The notes beneath the pieces are model-generated. The model had not been told where the DNA came from, did no database searches, and saw only the letters and a program-made list of their open reading frames with translations. This document shows, piece by piece, positions 10,275 through 19,321 of a stretch of DNA of 50,807 nucleotides. This DNA comes from Actinomycetes bacterium (GTDB lineage: Bacteria; Actinomycetota; Acidimicrobiia; Acidimicrobiales; Acidimicrobiaceae). Position 1 is the stretch's first letter, and every line of letters starts with the position of its first letter. Made by a program: the position numbers and the translations under genes. Location of the stretch: assembly GCA_021795585.1 (NCBI GenBank), contig JAJYPE010000001.1, forward strand, positions 1 to 50,807. Direction: 5' to 3'.

Positions 10275-10861
10275 GTGCCTGGCTCGGTCTCATGCCATTG
10301 CAGCAGCGCCATGGCCTCGCGTCGGAGATCAGGATCGTCACGAAGGGCGCCGACGGCCGAAGTGGTGAGCAACTTGGAGCCCACGTCGGTGTGGTCCTTC
10401 ATGGTCATGCAGAGGTGCTCCCCCTCGGTGAGGACAAGGGCTCCGGCCGCAGAAACCCCCTCCATGACCGCCTCGGCGATCTGGGTGGTCAGGCGCTCCT
10501 GGACCTGCAGTCGCTTGGATACCATCGAGACGACGCGCGCCAAGTTCGAGGCACCGGCTATCTGTCCGCTGGGTCCGGGCAGGTAGACAATGGAGGCTTT
10601 GCCGAAGAAAGGGAGGAGGTGGTGCTCGCACATCGAGAAGAACGGAATCTCCCTTAGCGCCACCATGTCGTGGTGGCCCTCGGAAAAGCCACCCCGCAAC
10701 AGCGCGGCCGGTTCGGCGCCGACGCCGGAAACAAGTTCGACCCAGAGGTCCGCCACCCGCTTGGAGGTGAGCTCACTCTCCTCCGGGGGCATATCCAGGC
10801 CGAGCGCATCTAGCAATCCCGCCACCGCGAGCCTTACCTGCTCCAGATTCATCGGCCCCAC
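10271..10861 (-). CDS. folE: GTP cyclohydrolase I
   Basis: SMCEHHLLPFFG, RLQVQERLT, HLCM; first gene of the fol cluster. Confidence 0.9.
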   Translation of the reverse strand: MGPMNLEQVRLAVAGLLDALGLDMPPEESELTSKRVADLWVELVSGVGAEPAALLRGGFSEGHHDMVALREIPFFSMCEHHLLPFFGKASIVYLPGPSGQIAGASNLARVVSMVSKRLQVQERLTTQIAEAVMEGVSAAGALVLTEGEHLCMTMKDHTDVGSKLLTTSAVGALRDDPDLRREAMALLQWHETEPGT

Positions 10862-10927
10862 TCGCGATCGTCAAACCCGCCCAACGCTCCCAGCCTAACC
10901 GCACGGCCAAGTCGGGATTTGCGAAGG

Positions 10928-11491
10928 CTAGGGGACCCTCTCACGGTAAGTGGCGATGTAAGGAAGGTTCCTGTACCGCTCGGCCACGTCGAGGCCGTAG
11001 CCCACCACGAACTCTGCCGGAATGTTGAAGCCCACGTAATTGATGTCCATCTCGGCGGCCGCCGCCCCATCCTTGACCAGGAGAGCGCATACCGCCAGGC
11101 TCGCGGGGTTGCGGAACCGCAGATTGCGTATCAGATACGAGAGGGTGAGGCCGGAGTCGATGATGTCCTCGACGATGAGGACGTGCTTCCCTGCGAGATC
11201 GGAGTCCAGGTCTTTCAGGATACGCACTACCCCGGATGTCTGGGTGGCAGCGCCATAGGAGGAGACCGCCATGAAATCAAACTCGACCGGCACTTCGATC
11301 TCGCGAGCAAGGTCGGACATGAACAGGAAGGCGCCCTTGAGCACCCCAACCAGGAGAATGGACTTTCCCAAATAGTCGCGAGAGATCTGCGCCCCTAGCT
11401 CCGAGACCCTGCCGGAGAGGGTCTCGGCGGAGATCAGCTCTCCGGCCAGGTGCGGATCCTCATCGCTCCAAGCGCGCGCGCCAAGTGTCAT
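10928..11491 (-). CDS. hpt: Hypoxanthine phosphoribosyltransferase
   Basis: [40 protein letters not shown]; start uncertain (11491 chosen for its SD). Confidence 0.95.
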   Translation of the reverse strand: MTLGARAWSDEDPHLAGELISAETLSGRVSELGAQISRDYLGKSILLVGVLKGAFLFMSDLAREIEVPVEFDFMAVSSYGAATQTSGVVRILKDLDSDLAGKHVLIVEDIIDSGLTLSYLIRNLRFRNPASLAVCALLVKDGAAAAEMDINYVGFNIPAEFVVGYGLDVAERYRNLPYIATYRERVP

Positions 11492-11568
11492 CTTCTTCCC
11501 ATCCACACTCATAAAACCGCAAAGAGGATAATACGCCCGCGGGCCAACCATTGCTGAATCCGCCACCG

Positions 11569-12522
11569 TCACAGCGGGGGATCGAGGCGCCGGTATTCTA
11601 TCCTTCCCCGGACCGCCTGCACTTCGACACGTCCTGACAGCTGGAGGCGAAACCGCCCGCCTTTCAGGATCAGAGCATCCAGCCGCTCCAGCGAACTCCG
11701 ATCCGGCGGATATCCGGAGATGGCTGAAACCGCCTGGCGCAGCGCTCGCATCCGCAGTGGCCGCGGGGCGGCGCCGAGCGCGGATACATCGCCGGCGTCG
11801 ATCCCCAGTGCCTCCGAGTCCAGGAGGTCGTCCTCCTCACGAAAGACCTTCGCGCTACGCGCCAGGATGGGAGCCGGATCCCGCTTGGTAATCTCGCCCA
11901 GCAAGGGGAGCAGCTCGTGACGAACACGGTTCCGCAGAAAGTCGGAGCTCTGGTTGCTGGGGTCACGGATCGGAGTAAGCCCCAAGGCGGCGCAGACGGC
12001 CTCCGTGTCCGCACGCCTAATGCCGAGCAAAGGCTTGGTGGGGCCGGGCCGCATCGCGGCCAGTCCGCGGGGGCCAGCGCCCCGGGCAAGATTGATGAGA
12101 ACCGTTTCCGCCTGGTCATCCATGGTGTGACCGGTTGCAGCGCCTGCCGGGATCCGCTCACGACGCAGCTGGCGCGCGCGTGCCTCCAGGTTCGGTCCGC
12201 TTGGAACCTCCTCGCGCACAAGGTGGAAGGGCATCCCCAAGGCGGTGGCGAACTCCTCAACCGCTGCCGCCTCCTCTCCGGACGTAGGCCGCAGACCGTG
12301 GTCCACGTGCCAAATCGAGCCGCGGACTCCAGCCACGTTCGCAAGGACCGCCAACGCCACCGAATCGGGTCCGCCTGAGACCGCGAGGTCAAGGCTCTGG
12401 CCGGCGGCAGGAAATGTGCAGGCGGCAAGTAGCTCTTCGGCCGGGCGCAGCCCACGTGATACTGCAAGGCGGATTGCCGCCGTGCTATGGACGATGGAAT
12501 TCTCCGTGACGATCGCCGGCAC
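11569..12522 (-). CDS. tilS: tRNA(Ile)-lysidine synthetase (short form)
   Basis: [29 protein letters not shown]....RNRVR; upstream of hpt. Confidence 0.93.
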   Translation of the reverse strand: MPAIVTENSIVHSTAAIRLAVSRGLRPAEELLAACTFPAAGQSLDLAVSGGPDSVALAVLANVAGVRGSIWHVDHGLRPTSGEEAAAVEEFATALGMPFHLVREEVPSGPNLEARARQLRRERIPAGAATGHTMDDQAETVLINLARGAGPRGLAAMRPGPTKPLLGIRRADTEAVCAALGLTPIRDPSNQSSDFLRNRVRHELLPLLGEITKRDPAPILARSAKVFREEDDLLDSEALGIDAGDVSALGAAPRPLRMRALRQAVSAISGYPPDRSSLERLDALILKGGRFRLQLSGRVEVQAVRGRIEYRRLDPPL

Positions 12523-12561
12523 GGAAGAAAGGCTAGAGCAGACCCGGCGTCCGCAAGCGCT

Positions 12562-13629
12562 TCAGACCGTGGCTCCAACCCGGCCAAGCCACTTCCGCGG
12601 ATCGTTGATCTCGTCCAGGTCCGGCATGAACTCGCTCTTCTCGAAAAGCTTGGCTATGGTCTGCTGGCCACCCGCTTCCTCGATGGTTTCCAGGAACGCC
12701 TTTCCTGCCGCGTACTGGCGCAGCTTGGCGTCGAACCCGTAGAGCTGACCGATGATTTTCGCCACCAGATTTGGTGATTCCCGGCGCTGATGAAGGGCCT
12801 CTTCGAAGCGCTCCGCCTCCGGGATCACCCCGGCGGAGGCGCGACCCATGATCAGATCTCCGTGGCCTTCTAGCACACTCATAAGTCCGCCCAAGCGGGA
12901 AAGGATCGCCCTTTGCTGGTCGTTGATGAAGAGCCCCGCAACTCCGGAATCGCGGAGCGGGTTGCGTCCCTCGCGAAGCTCCTCAACCACCCGGGTCAGA
13001 CCGTCCAGCAAATCGCCGGGCCCGAGGTTCACATTCTCGATGAGGCTGCTTACCAGCCCGCGGTAATAGCCGACCATCCACGGAACGGCCTCGAACTGAA
13101 GCTTATGGGTCAGCTCGTGCAGGAGAACCCACCGCTCGAACTGCTCGCGGGGGAAGCCGAACCTGGTCTCGAGGGTGATGATGTTCGAGCCGACGATGTA
13201 GATCGGGGTGGGCGAGCCCTCATTGTCACCATCGCCATTGGCGAAAAGGGCCGCGTCGTACTGGCCGAGAACCCTGCGCGACATCCAGCCGAACAACAGA
13301 CCGAACTGCACCGCGCTGGCCTGCGCCCCCACCGCTCCCAAGGGGCCAGGCATGTTGCCGGACAGCTTCTTGGCCAAGGGATCAAGCAGCGAGGACATGG
13401 AGCGCACGTTGGCATCGACCCACTCGCTGCGGGTTACGACACTCACGGGCAGGGTGTCGGTATCCAGATGAAGGCCAGATGCAGCCGAGACCAGGGAAAG
13501 TGCCTCGGAACTAAATGCGCCGAGCTCCTGTTCGGTCCGCTTGAGCACCGCCTTGTCCTCTGGGGGAAACGTTGCTATTAGGCCCTTTGCCACCTTCGCG
13601 GCTGTCGTCCACGCAATCACCTGGCACAC
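12562..13629 (-). CDS. Zinc-dependent metalloprotease (actinobacterial DUF2342/zincin-like, tilS-associated)
   Basis: RVLGQYD, WVLLHELTH (HExxH), MSVLEGHGD, KLRQY..G..F; usual position upstream of tilS. Confidence 0.85.
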   Translation of the reverse strand: MCQVIAWTTAAKVAKGLIATFPPEDKAVLKRTEQELGAFSSEALSLVSAASGLHLDTDTLPVSVVTRSEWVDANVRSMSSLLDPLAKKLSGNMPGPLGAVGAQASAVQFGLLFGWMSRRVLGQYDAALFANGDGDNEGSPTPIYIVGSNIITLETRFGFPREQFERWVLLHELTHKLQFEAVPWMVGYYRGLVSSLIENVNLGPGDLLDGLTRVVEELREGRNPLRDSGVAGLFINDQQRAILSRLGGLMSVLEGHGDLIMGRASAGVIPEAERFEEALHQRRESPNLVAKIIGQLYGFDAKLRQYAAGKAFLETIEEAGGQQTIAKLFEKSEFMPDLDEINDPRKWLGRVGATV

Positions 13630-13654
13630 CTCCCCGGGGAGAGAAGACCCTCCG

Positions 13655-13849
13655 CTAGGAGATCTTACGCCCTCGGGTTCGTGGGACGGTTAGAGGCTGG
13701 TGGGTGAAGCAATACTTGCCGCCGTTGTAGATCGAGAGCTGAGTTCCGCAGTTCGGTTCCTTGCACACCCGATCCTTAGGGTATGCCCGGGAAGCCCGGG
13801 AGAGGCCGGTAACCGGAATGCCGCCTACCGCTTCGGTTCTGTTCGCCAT
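13655..13849 (-). CDS. Small basic Cys/His protein (64 aa), possible Zn binder
   Basis: RVCKEPNCGTQLSIYNGGKYCFTH (C-x4-C...C-x2-H); directly downstream of rsrA. Confidence 0.7.
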   Translation of the reverse strand: MANRTEAVGGIPVTGLSRASRAYPKDRVCKEPNCGTQLSIYNGGKYCFTHQPLTVPRTRGRKIS

Positions 13850-13878
13850 GGTTGGACCAACCCACACTTCGAGGGAAA

Positions 13879-14157
13879 TTATTCCGAACTTTGAGCTCTG
13901 GAGGTCTTTTCAAGGTCGATCAACGCAGCAATTTTCACACGCAATAGATCCGGCACATGGTCTCGGAGACGGTTCGCGATCATTTGTCGCAACTCGGCTT
14001 CGAATTCATAGGCCTCAAGGCACGGAGAGCATTTGTCCAGGTGATGCTGAATTTTCCGCCGCCTGGTTTCCGTCAGCTCCCCGTCCAGAAAGCTGTAAAG
14101 CCGGGCCAGGACTTCCTGACATTCGCTGGCTATATCGTGTGTATGGTTACTTTGCAC
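13879..14157 (-). CDS. rsrA: Zinc-binding anti-sigma factor (RsrA/RshA type)
   Basis: [15 protein letters not shown]...HLDKCSPC (ZAS HxxxCxxC); overlaps the sigma factor stop. Confidence 0.9.
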   Translation of the reverse strand: MQSNHTHDIASECQEVLARLYSFLDGELTETRRRKIQHHLDKCSPCLEAYEFEAELRQMIANRLRDHVPDLLRVKIAALIDLEKTSRAQSSE

Positions 14158-14722
14158 TGCGACCTGCTACAAGTCCACGTTCTGCTCCGAACTCGAACAA
14201 CGCTTTCTGTAACGCTTTTCTTCCGCGATGCAAACGCGACATCACAGTTCCGATTGGAACGTCCATGATCCCCGCAATCTCCTTGTAGGAGAACCCCTCT
14301 ACGTCGCTCAGTATCACCGCGAGGCGGAACTGATCGGGAAGGGACTCGATAGCGGACTTCACCTCATCGTCGGTAAAGGACTCGAGCACCTCCTCCTCGG
14401 CCGAGCGTCCGGCCTGCGCCGCTTCAAGAGCTCCAAGCCGCCTGTAGAGGTACAGATCCTCCACATCGTCCAAGTCGCTCTCTTCCGGACGGCGCTTCTT
14501 GGCCCGGTAGGAGTTAATAAAGGTGTTGGTAAGAATCCGATAGAGCCAGGCCTTCAGATTCGTACCCTCCTGGAACGACCCATAACCGCGATAGGCCTTC
14601 AGGTAGGTCTCCTGCACGAGGTCTTCGGCCTCCGCAGCGTTTCTCGTCATACGCATGGCCGCCGAGAACAGGGCATCAAGATAGCCCATGGCGTCCTCGG
14701 CGAACCTCTCTTTATCCGCCAT
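14147..14722 (-). CDS. sigR: ECF sigma factor SigR/SigH (thiol-oxidative stress)
   Basis: [75 protein letters not shown]; start ATG 14722. Confidence 0.92.
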   Translation of the reverse strand: MADKERFAEDAMGYLDALFSAAMRMTRNAAEAEDLVQETYLKAYRGYGSFQEGTNLKAWLYRILTNTFINSYRAKKRRPEESDLDDVEDLYLYRRLGALEAAQAGRSAEEEVLESFTDDEVKSAIESLPDQFRLAVILSDVEGFSYKEIAGIMDVPIGTVMSRLHRGRKALQKALFEFGAERGLVAGRSAK

Positions 14723-14761
14723 AGAACCTTCATCATACGTCTGCAGTTTTGGAACCGTCTT

Positions 14762-14787
14762 AACGCCAGTTGAAGGCGCTCTATTCC
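14762..14787 (-). promoter_or_regulatory. SigR/SigH-type autoregulatory promoter
   Basis: Minus strand GGAAT-AGAGCGCCTTCAACTGGC(18 nt)-GTT, exact GGAAT-N18-GTT consensus, 40 nt upstream of the sigR ATG. Confidence 0.8.
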
Positions 14788-14892
14788 AAATCACCGGCCG
14801 ACCCGCTGCTCACGGCGAGTCGAACACTCTCGCGTATGTGAATCCGTGCCGCACTGGGCCCGCCGGGTGGGCGGCCCCGTCTTTGCCGACCC

Positions 14893-15108
14893 CTAGATGG
14901 CCCGTTTGGACCGCGCCGCCAACAAAAGAGCCACCACCCAGCCGATAAGTGACCAGCCGAGGAAGAGGTTCACCACCAGCACCAAGAGGGTGTTGGGGGC
15001 GTGCCGAACCAAGGCCACGATGGTTGGCACGAAATAAACGACCAGCCCAACCAGGCCGAACCACGACACGAGAAAAGAGAATCCACTGACCAGGAGCCCA
15101 AGCATCAT
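14893..15108 (-). CDS. Superinfection immunity protein (T4 Imm-like)
   Basis: YFVPTIVA..R......LVVNLFLGWSLIGWVVAL matches the Imm_superinfect pattern. Confidence 0.85.
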   Translation of the reverse strand: MMLGLLVSGFSFLVSWFGLVGLVVYFVPTIVALVRHAPNTLLVLVVNLFLGWSLIGWVVALLLAARSKRAI

Positions 15109-15369
15109 CCCAGCTCCTCACCGAGTCTGTAATACCATGATGTGCCGCCGGTTCGGTGCGAAGAGCGGAACATCGACTCAAAATGATCTTTACACACCTA
15201 AGCCGCTTCGACAAGGACAGGGGCGGAGAGTGGCCCGGCCGCAAGTGGCTCGAGTTCCCGGTACGCAACCCCTGGCTGGTAATGAATTCGAGCCGGGCAT
15301 AGGGATTCCGGCCAATAAAGGGGCGGGATCACATTTCTTTAATATCGTACTCCGATATACTCTTCGTTC

Positions 15370-17058
15370 ATGACGGTCTTCCGCGCCGAGCCCCGCCGCC
15401 ATGAGGTCAGCCTTGGCGCGTCGCCCGCCAGGATGACATGGTTCGCCGGGCTTGGCCTGTGCCTCGGTGTGGTCGGCGGACTGGCGGCGTTCGCAGTGGT
15501 GAAGCTCGTCGCCATAATCAGCAACCTGGCTCTTGTGCACCGAGTGGGATTCGCGCTCCCCAATCTGCGCGATTACCATCCGGGCCTGCTACTGCTTCCC
15601 ATTGCCGTCATCGGCGCACTCGCGGTGGCCGCGCTCTCCCTTTGGACGCCGATTATCAAAGGTCACGGCATACCCGAGTCGCTCGAGACCATCATCCTGC
15701 GCGAAAGCCGGATTCGCCCCAGGGTCGTCATCGCCAAGCCGCTGTCGGCCGCGATCGCGATGGGAACCGGTGGCCCCTTCGGTGCCGAAGGACCGATCAT
15801 CGTGACCGGCGGAAGCATCGGATCGCTTCTCGGCCAGATCCTTCCGGTATCGGCGGCGGAGCGGCGCATTCTGCTGGCAACGGGGGCGGCGGCCGGAATG
15901 GCAGGCGTATTCGCGACACCCTTGGCGGCGGTGATCTTTGCCTTCGAGCTTCTGCTTTTCGAGCGCTCCCTTCGAGCCTTGCTCCCGCTGACGGTCGCCT
16001 GCGCCGTGGCCACCGAGATCCACTATCTCACATTGGGCGCACAGCCTCTTTTCCGGGCGGGAGGGATCCACACCGCCCCAGCTCCCCAGCTCCCTCTATT
16101 TGCCATCCTGGGGGTGGCAGCCGGCCTTCTGGCGGTTGTGATCAACAAGGGCCTATTCGCCTGGGAGGGCCTGTTCCGCCGCTCGCGCATCCGTGAGACT
16201 TTGCACCCGGTCGTCGGCGCTCTCGCGTTCGCGTTGGTTGGCCTGGCTGTGCCCGGATCGCTATCGGTGGGTTACTGGGCGATATCCGACGCGGTCAACG
16301 GCCGCTTCCTGGCGAGCGCCGCCTTGGTTTTGAGCGGGGCCAAACTCCTGTCATGGTGGATCGCCCTGGCCCCAAACACCTCGGGCGGCACGCTGGCACC
16401 GATCTTTCTGATCGCATCCACGCTGGGCGAAGCAATCGGGATCGGATTTTCTCACCTCTTCCCGGCTCTACACATACAGCCTGCCGCCTTTGCCATAGTG
16501 GCGATGGGGGCAACGTTCGGTGCGGCCTCCCGCGCCCTGTTGACCGGCGGCATCTTCGCACTCGAGGTGACCGGCGCCTACCACCTCGCTGTGCCGATCC
16601 TGCTCTGTCTAGGGGTCGCCGAACTCGTGGCGGGCCGCCTGCTTCCGGAACGCATCATGACCGACAAGCTCGTCCGCCGCGGATTCCGAGTCGAGTTCGA
16701 CACACAGGTGGACCCCTTCCGCACAGCCGTGGCGGCGCAGGTGATGGAGCCTCTGGCCGAAGGCCCCGAGGTCCCGACGCTGCCTGCCATCTCTCCCACC
16801 TCCTACCTCTCCGACGCACTCGACTTGTTCCTCAGTACCGATGCAGAACGAGTCTTAGTAGTCGACAGCGAGCGTCCCGTGGGCATCCTGAGACGCGCAG
16901 CGCTCCGAGATGCACTCGCGCGCCGCCTGGCGGAAAACGAGCCGCAGCCACCTACTCTGCTTCGGGGAAAGGCGGCCGAGCGTTTTCGGCTGCGCAAGGT
17001 GGTGGAACCGGACCAAGGTGCTGACCTTGGAGACGCGGAGGGAGAGCTCACCGAGTGA
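15370..17058 (+). CDS. ClC family chloride channel/antiporter with degenerate C-terminal CBS region
   Basis: GHGIPE, GPFGAEGP, GAAAGMAGVFATPLAA..FAFELL, FALEVTG; many TM helices. Confidence 0.9.
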   Translation: MTVFRAEPRRHEVSLGASPARMTWFAGLGLCLGVVGGLAAFAVVKLVAIISNLALVHRVGFALPNLRDYHPGLLLLPIAVIGALAVAALSLWTPIIKGHGIPESLETIILRESRIRPRVVIAKPLSAAIAMGTGGPFGAEGPIIVTGGSIGSLLGQILPVSAAERRILLATGAAAGMAGVFATPLAAVIFAFELLLFERSLRALLPLTVACAVATEIHYLTLGAQPLFRAGGIHTAPAPQLPLFAILGVAAGLLAVVINKGLFAWEGLFRRSRIRETLHPVVGALAFALVGLAVPGSLSVGYWAISDAVNGRFLASAALVLSGAKLLSWWIALAPNTSGGTLAPIFLIASTLGEAIGIGFSHLFPALHIQPAAFAIVAMGATFGAASRALLTGGIFALEVTGAYHLAVPILLCLGVAELVAGRLLPERIMTDKLVRRGFRVEFDTQVDPFRTAVAAQVMEPLAEGPEVPTLPAISPTSYLSDALDLFLSTDAERVLVVDSERPVGILRRAALRDALARRLAENEPQPPTLLRGKAAERFRLRKVVEPDQGADLGDAEGELTE

Positions 17059-17504
17059 CCGGTGGACAGGGCGAACGCCAGCAGCGCTTCAGTAACGAGC
17101 AATACCGCGATATTCTCGCCTTCCGCGACCAGCTCCGCCGCTTCCTGGCCTGGAGCGAGATGCAGTGCCGAGCTGTCGGGCTAACGCCTTCTCAGCACCA
17201 GCTGCTGCTGGCTGTGCGGGGCCACCCCTCCTCGGAGGCACCGACCATCGGGGAGGTAGCTGAACATCTCCAACTTCGCCACCACTCCGCGGTCGGACTA
17301 GTCGACCGTGCCGAAGCTGCGGGCCTGATAAGGCGCGAACACGACTTGAGCGACCGGCGCGTTGTTCGGATCCTCCTCGAACCCGCAGGGGAAGAGGCAT
17401 TGGAGGAACTCACCGCTCTCCATGTCACGGAGCTGGCGGTCCTGGCCGAAGCATTCGAAGCGTTCCGGGCACCCGGGCCGCAGCACGGCGGCGACGGCCA
17501 CTGA
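17055..17504 (+). CDS. MarR family transcription regulator
   Basis: GLTPSQHQLLLAV, HSAVGLVDRAEAAGLIRR..D..DRR; GTGA overlap with the ClC gene. Confidence 0.9.
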   Translation: MTGGQGERQQRFSNEQYRDILAFRDQLRRFLAWSEMQCRAVGLTPSQHQLLLAVRGHPSSEAPTIGEVAEHLQLRHHSAVGLVDRAEAAGLIRREHDLSDRRVVRILLEPAGEEALEELTALHVTELAVLAEAFEAFRAPGPQHGGDGH

Positions 17505-17535
17505 CGGTAGGGTCGGGACGAATCACGGGGTTGGG

Positions 17536-17611
17536 TGGAGCCCGAGAGGGGATTTGAACCCCTGACCTGCTCATTACGAGTGAGCTGCTCTGCCGACTGA
17601 GCTACCCGGGC
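17536..17611 (-). tRNA. tRNA-Thr(CGU) with encoded CCA
   Basis: Minus strand GCCCGGGTAGCTCAGTCGGCAGAGCA-GCTCA-CT-CGT-AA-TGAGC-AGGTCAGGGGTTCAAATCCCCTCTCGGGCTCCA; usual position downstream of holB. Confidence 0.97.
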
Positions 17612-17636
17612 CCGGATGTGTTAATCCTAGCGATCT

Positions 17637-18701
17637 TCAGGGTTGCTCCCCCAACAGCGCACCGAGCGCCGTGACCTCGCTGACGCCGGCAGCAAGGCGG
17701 CGCATGGCTACTCCAACACGCTGCTGCAATCGCGAATGGGCCTGATAAGCAGCCCCAAGATCGCCCTCGCCCCTCATGCCGGGATGCATCTCGCGCAACA
17801 TGATCGCGAATCCAAGCTCGAACTCGCTGCGCCGCAGCCATTTCAGCTCGCGAGTCAGGTCTGCCTCTGCTTCTTTGATCGCGCCACGAGTTACGCCGCC
17901 CTTGGCCACCCGTTCGCGTAATTCCGCCAGGTCCGCTTCCCCCTTCCGCTTGCGTTCGGCAACCACATCGTCCACGAAACCGATCAGGCCGCCCACGGAG
18001 CGCATGAGCTCGAAGCCGCTCTGAGGATGGTCTCGTGCCGCGGAGCCCCAGAGCGAGAGGCGTCGTAAAAGGAATCCTCCGGCCAATAACTCCTGGGCCT
18101 TGGCCAAGCTCCCTCCGCACAACTGCGCTGCCGTCGACGCCTCCTCTGGTTCGGCTCCCCGGGAGACGAGGTATGTCTCTATCTCTGCGGCATCTACCGG
18201 AGGAAAGTCCACCTTGACGCACCTCGAGGCGATGGTCGCCATCTCGTTCCCCACCACGGAGGCCACAATTACGTAGATCGTCGACGGTGGTGGCTCTTCG
18301 ATCGCCTTGAGGAGGACCGGTGCCACTCTTCCTATGTTCTCGAACTCCTCCATCACGACGACGCGATATCGAGTGCCTGAGGGCGAGAGTGATGCGTACT
18401 TGATGGCCCGGCGCGCGTCGTCGACAGACATGCTTCCGTCGCGGTTGGCGAAGACGTTAACGTCGGGGTGCATGCCGGCCAGGACGGAGCGGCAGTCGCC
18501 GCACTCGCCGCAACCGCCATTCGGACACACCAGCGCAGCTGCAAAGCCGATTGCCCATTCCTCCTTGCCGCTGCCCGGTGGTCCGAGGAAGAGATAGGCA
18601 TGGCGCGGGGAGAGGAGATGAGCGCCGAGCACGCTAACCAGTCCTGTCTGGATACCCAGGCGCACGAGAACGGGTGGCCGTCGATCCCCCTCCGTGCTCA
18701 A
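17637..18701 (-). CDS. holB: DNA polymerase III subunit delta'
   Basis: HAYLFLGPPGSGK, Zn finger CPNGGCGECGDC, HPDV, LLKAIEEPP, TIASRC. Confidence 0.9.
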   Translation of the reverse strand: MSTEGDRRPPVLVRLGIQTGLVSVLGAHLLSPRHAYLFLGPPGSGKEEWAIGFAAALVCPNGGCGECGDCRSVLAGMHPDVNVFANRDGSMSVDDARRAIKYASLSPSGTRYRVVVMEEFENIGRVAPVLLKAIEEPPPSTIYVIVASVVGNEMATIASRCVKVDFPPVDAAEIETYLVSRGAEPEEASTAAQLCGGSLAKAQELLAGGFLLRRLSLWGSAARDHPQSGFELMRSVGGLIGFVDDVVAERKRKGEADLAELRERVAKGGVTRGAIKEAEADLTRELKWLRRSEFELGFAIMLREMHPGMRGEGDLGAAYQAHSRLQQRVGVAMRRLAAGVSEVTALGALLGEQP

Positions 18702-19321
18702 CGCGGTGCTCCCAGCCCACGCTCTATTGCAGCCAGAATGCGGTCCGTCACCTCGGCACGGCTACCGTGACTGTCAACTACCTCCCAACCGTGCCTTGCG
18801 GCCAACGCGAGGTAGCCCTCCTCGACGCGCGTCTGGAAGTCCGCCCCCATTCCCTCAAAGCGGTCAGAGCCGTCCAGGCCGCGATGCGCGCCGGACAAAC
18901 CGTTCGAGAGCAGGATCGTGAGATCGGGCCTGACTCCCCCGGCAGCGAAGTCGTTCAGCGCCTCGAGTTGCGGCAATGGAATGCCTCGGCCATACCCCTG
19001 GTAGGCGTAGAAAGAGCCGTCGAAGCGGTCGGATAGGACCCACTCACCGCGCGCGAGGGCCGGGCCAATGACCTGAGCGCAGTGCTGGGCCCGGGCAGCG
19101 GCCATAAGGAGGGCCTCGGCCGAGGGATCTATGTCATGGTCATCGGCCAGGAGCGACCTGATTCGCTCTCCAAGTTCGGTCCCGCCCGGCTCACGGGTTC
19201 GTTTGACCACCAACCCGGTTTTGGCCAGACGCTCCGCAACAGCGGCCACCTGAGTGGTCTTGCCAACCCCGTCACCGCCTTCGAGCACCAGAAAGCGGCC
19301 GCGCCTCGGTTCAGTCGGCAT
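18698..19321 (-). CDS. tmk: Thymidylate kinase
   Basis: LEGGDGVGKTTQ, TREPGGT, LSDRFDGS.YAYQG, PDLT, DRFE. Confidence 0.96.
   Translation of the reverse strand: MPTEPRRGRFLVLEGGDGVGKTTQVAAVAERLAKTGLVVKRTREPGGTELGERIRSLLADDHDIDPSAEALLMAAARAQHCAQVIGPALARGEWVLSDRFDGSFYAYQGYGRGIPLPQLEALNDFAAGGVRPDLTILLSNGLSGAHRGLDGSDRFEGMGADFQTRVEEGYLALAARHGWEVVDSHGSRAEVTDRILAAIERGLGAPR

Noticed and set aside
14850-17611. Intact prophage or integrative element at tRNA-Thr(CGU)
   Set aside because: No integrase, and only a 7-bp GGAGCCC match to the tRNA end near 15093, which is chance level.
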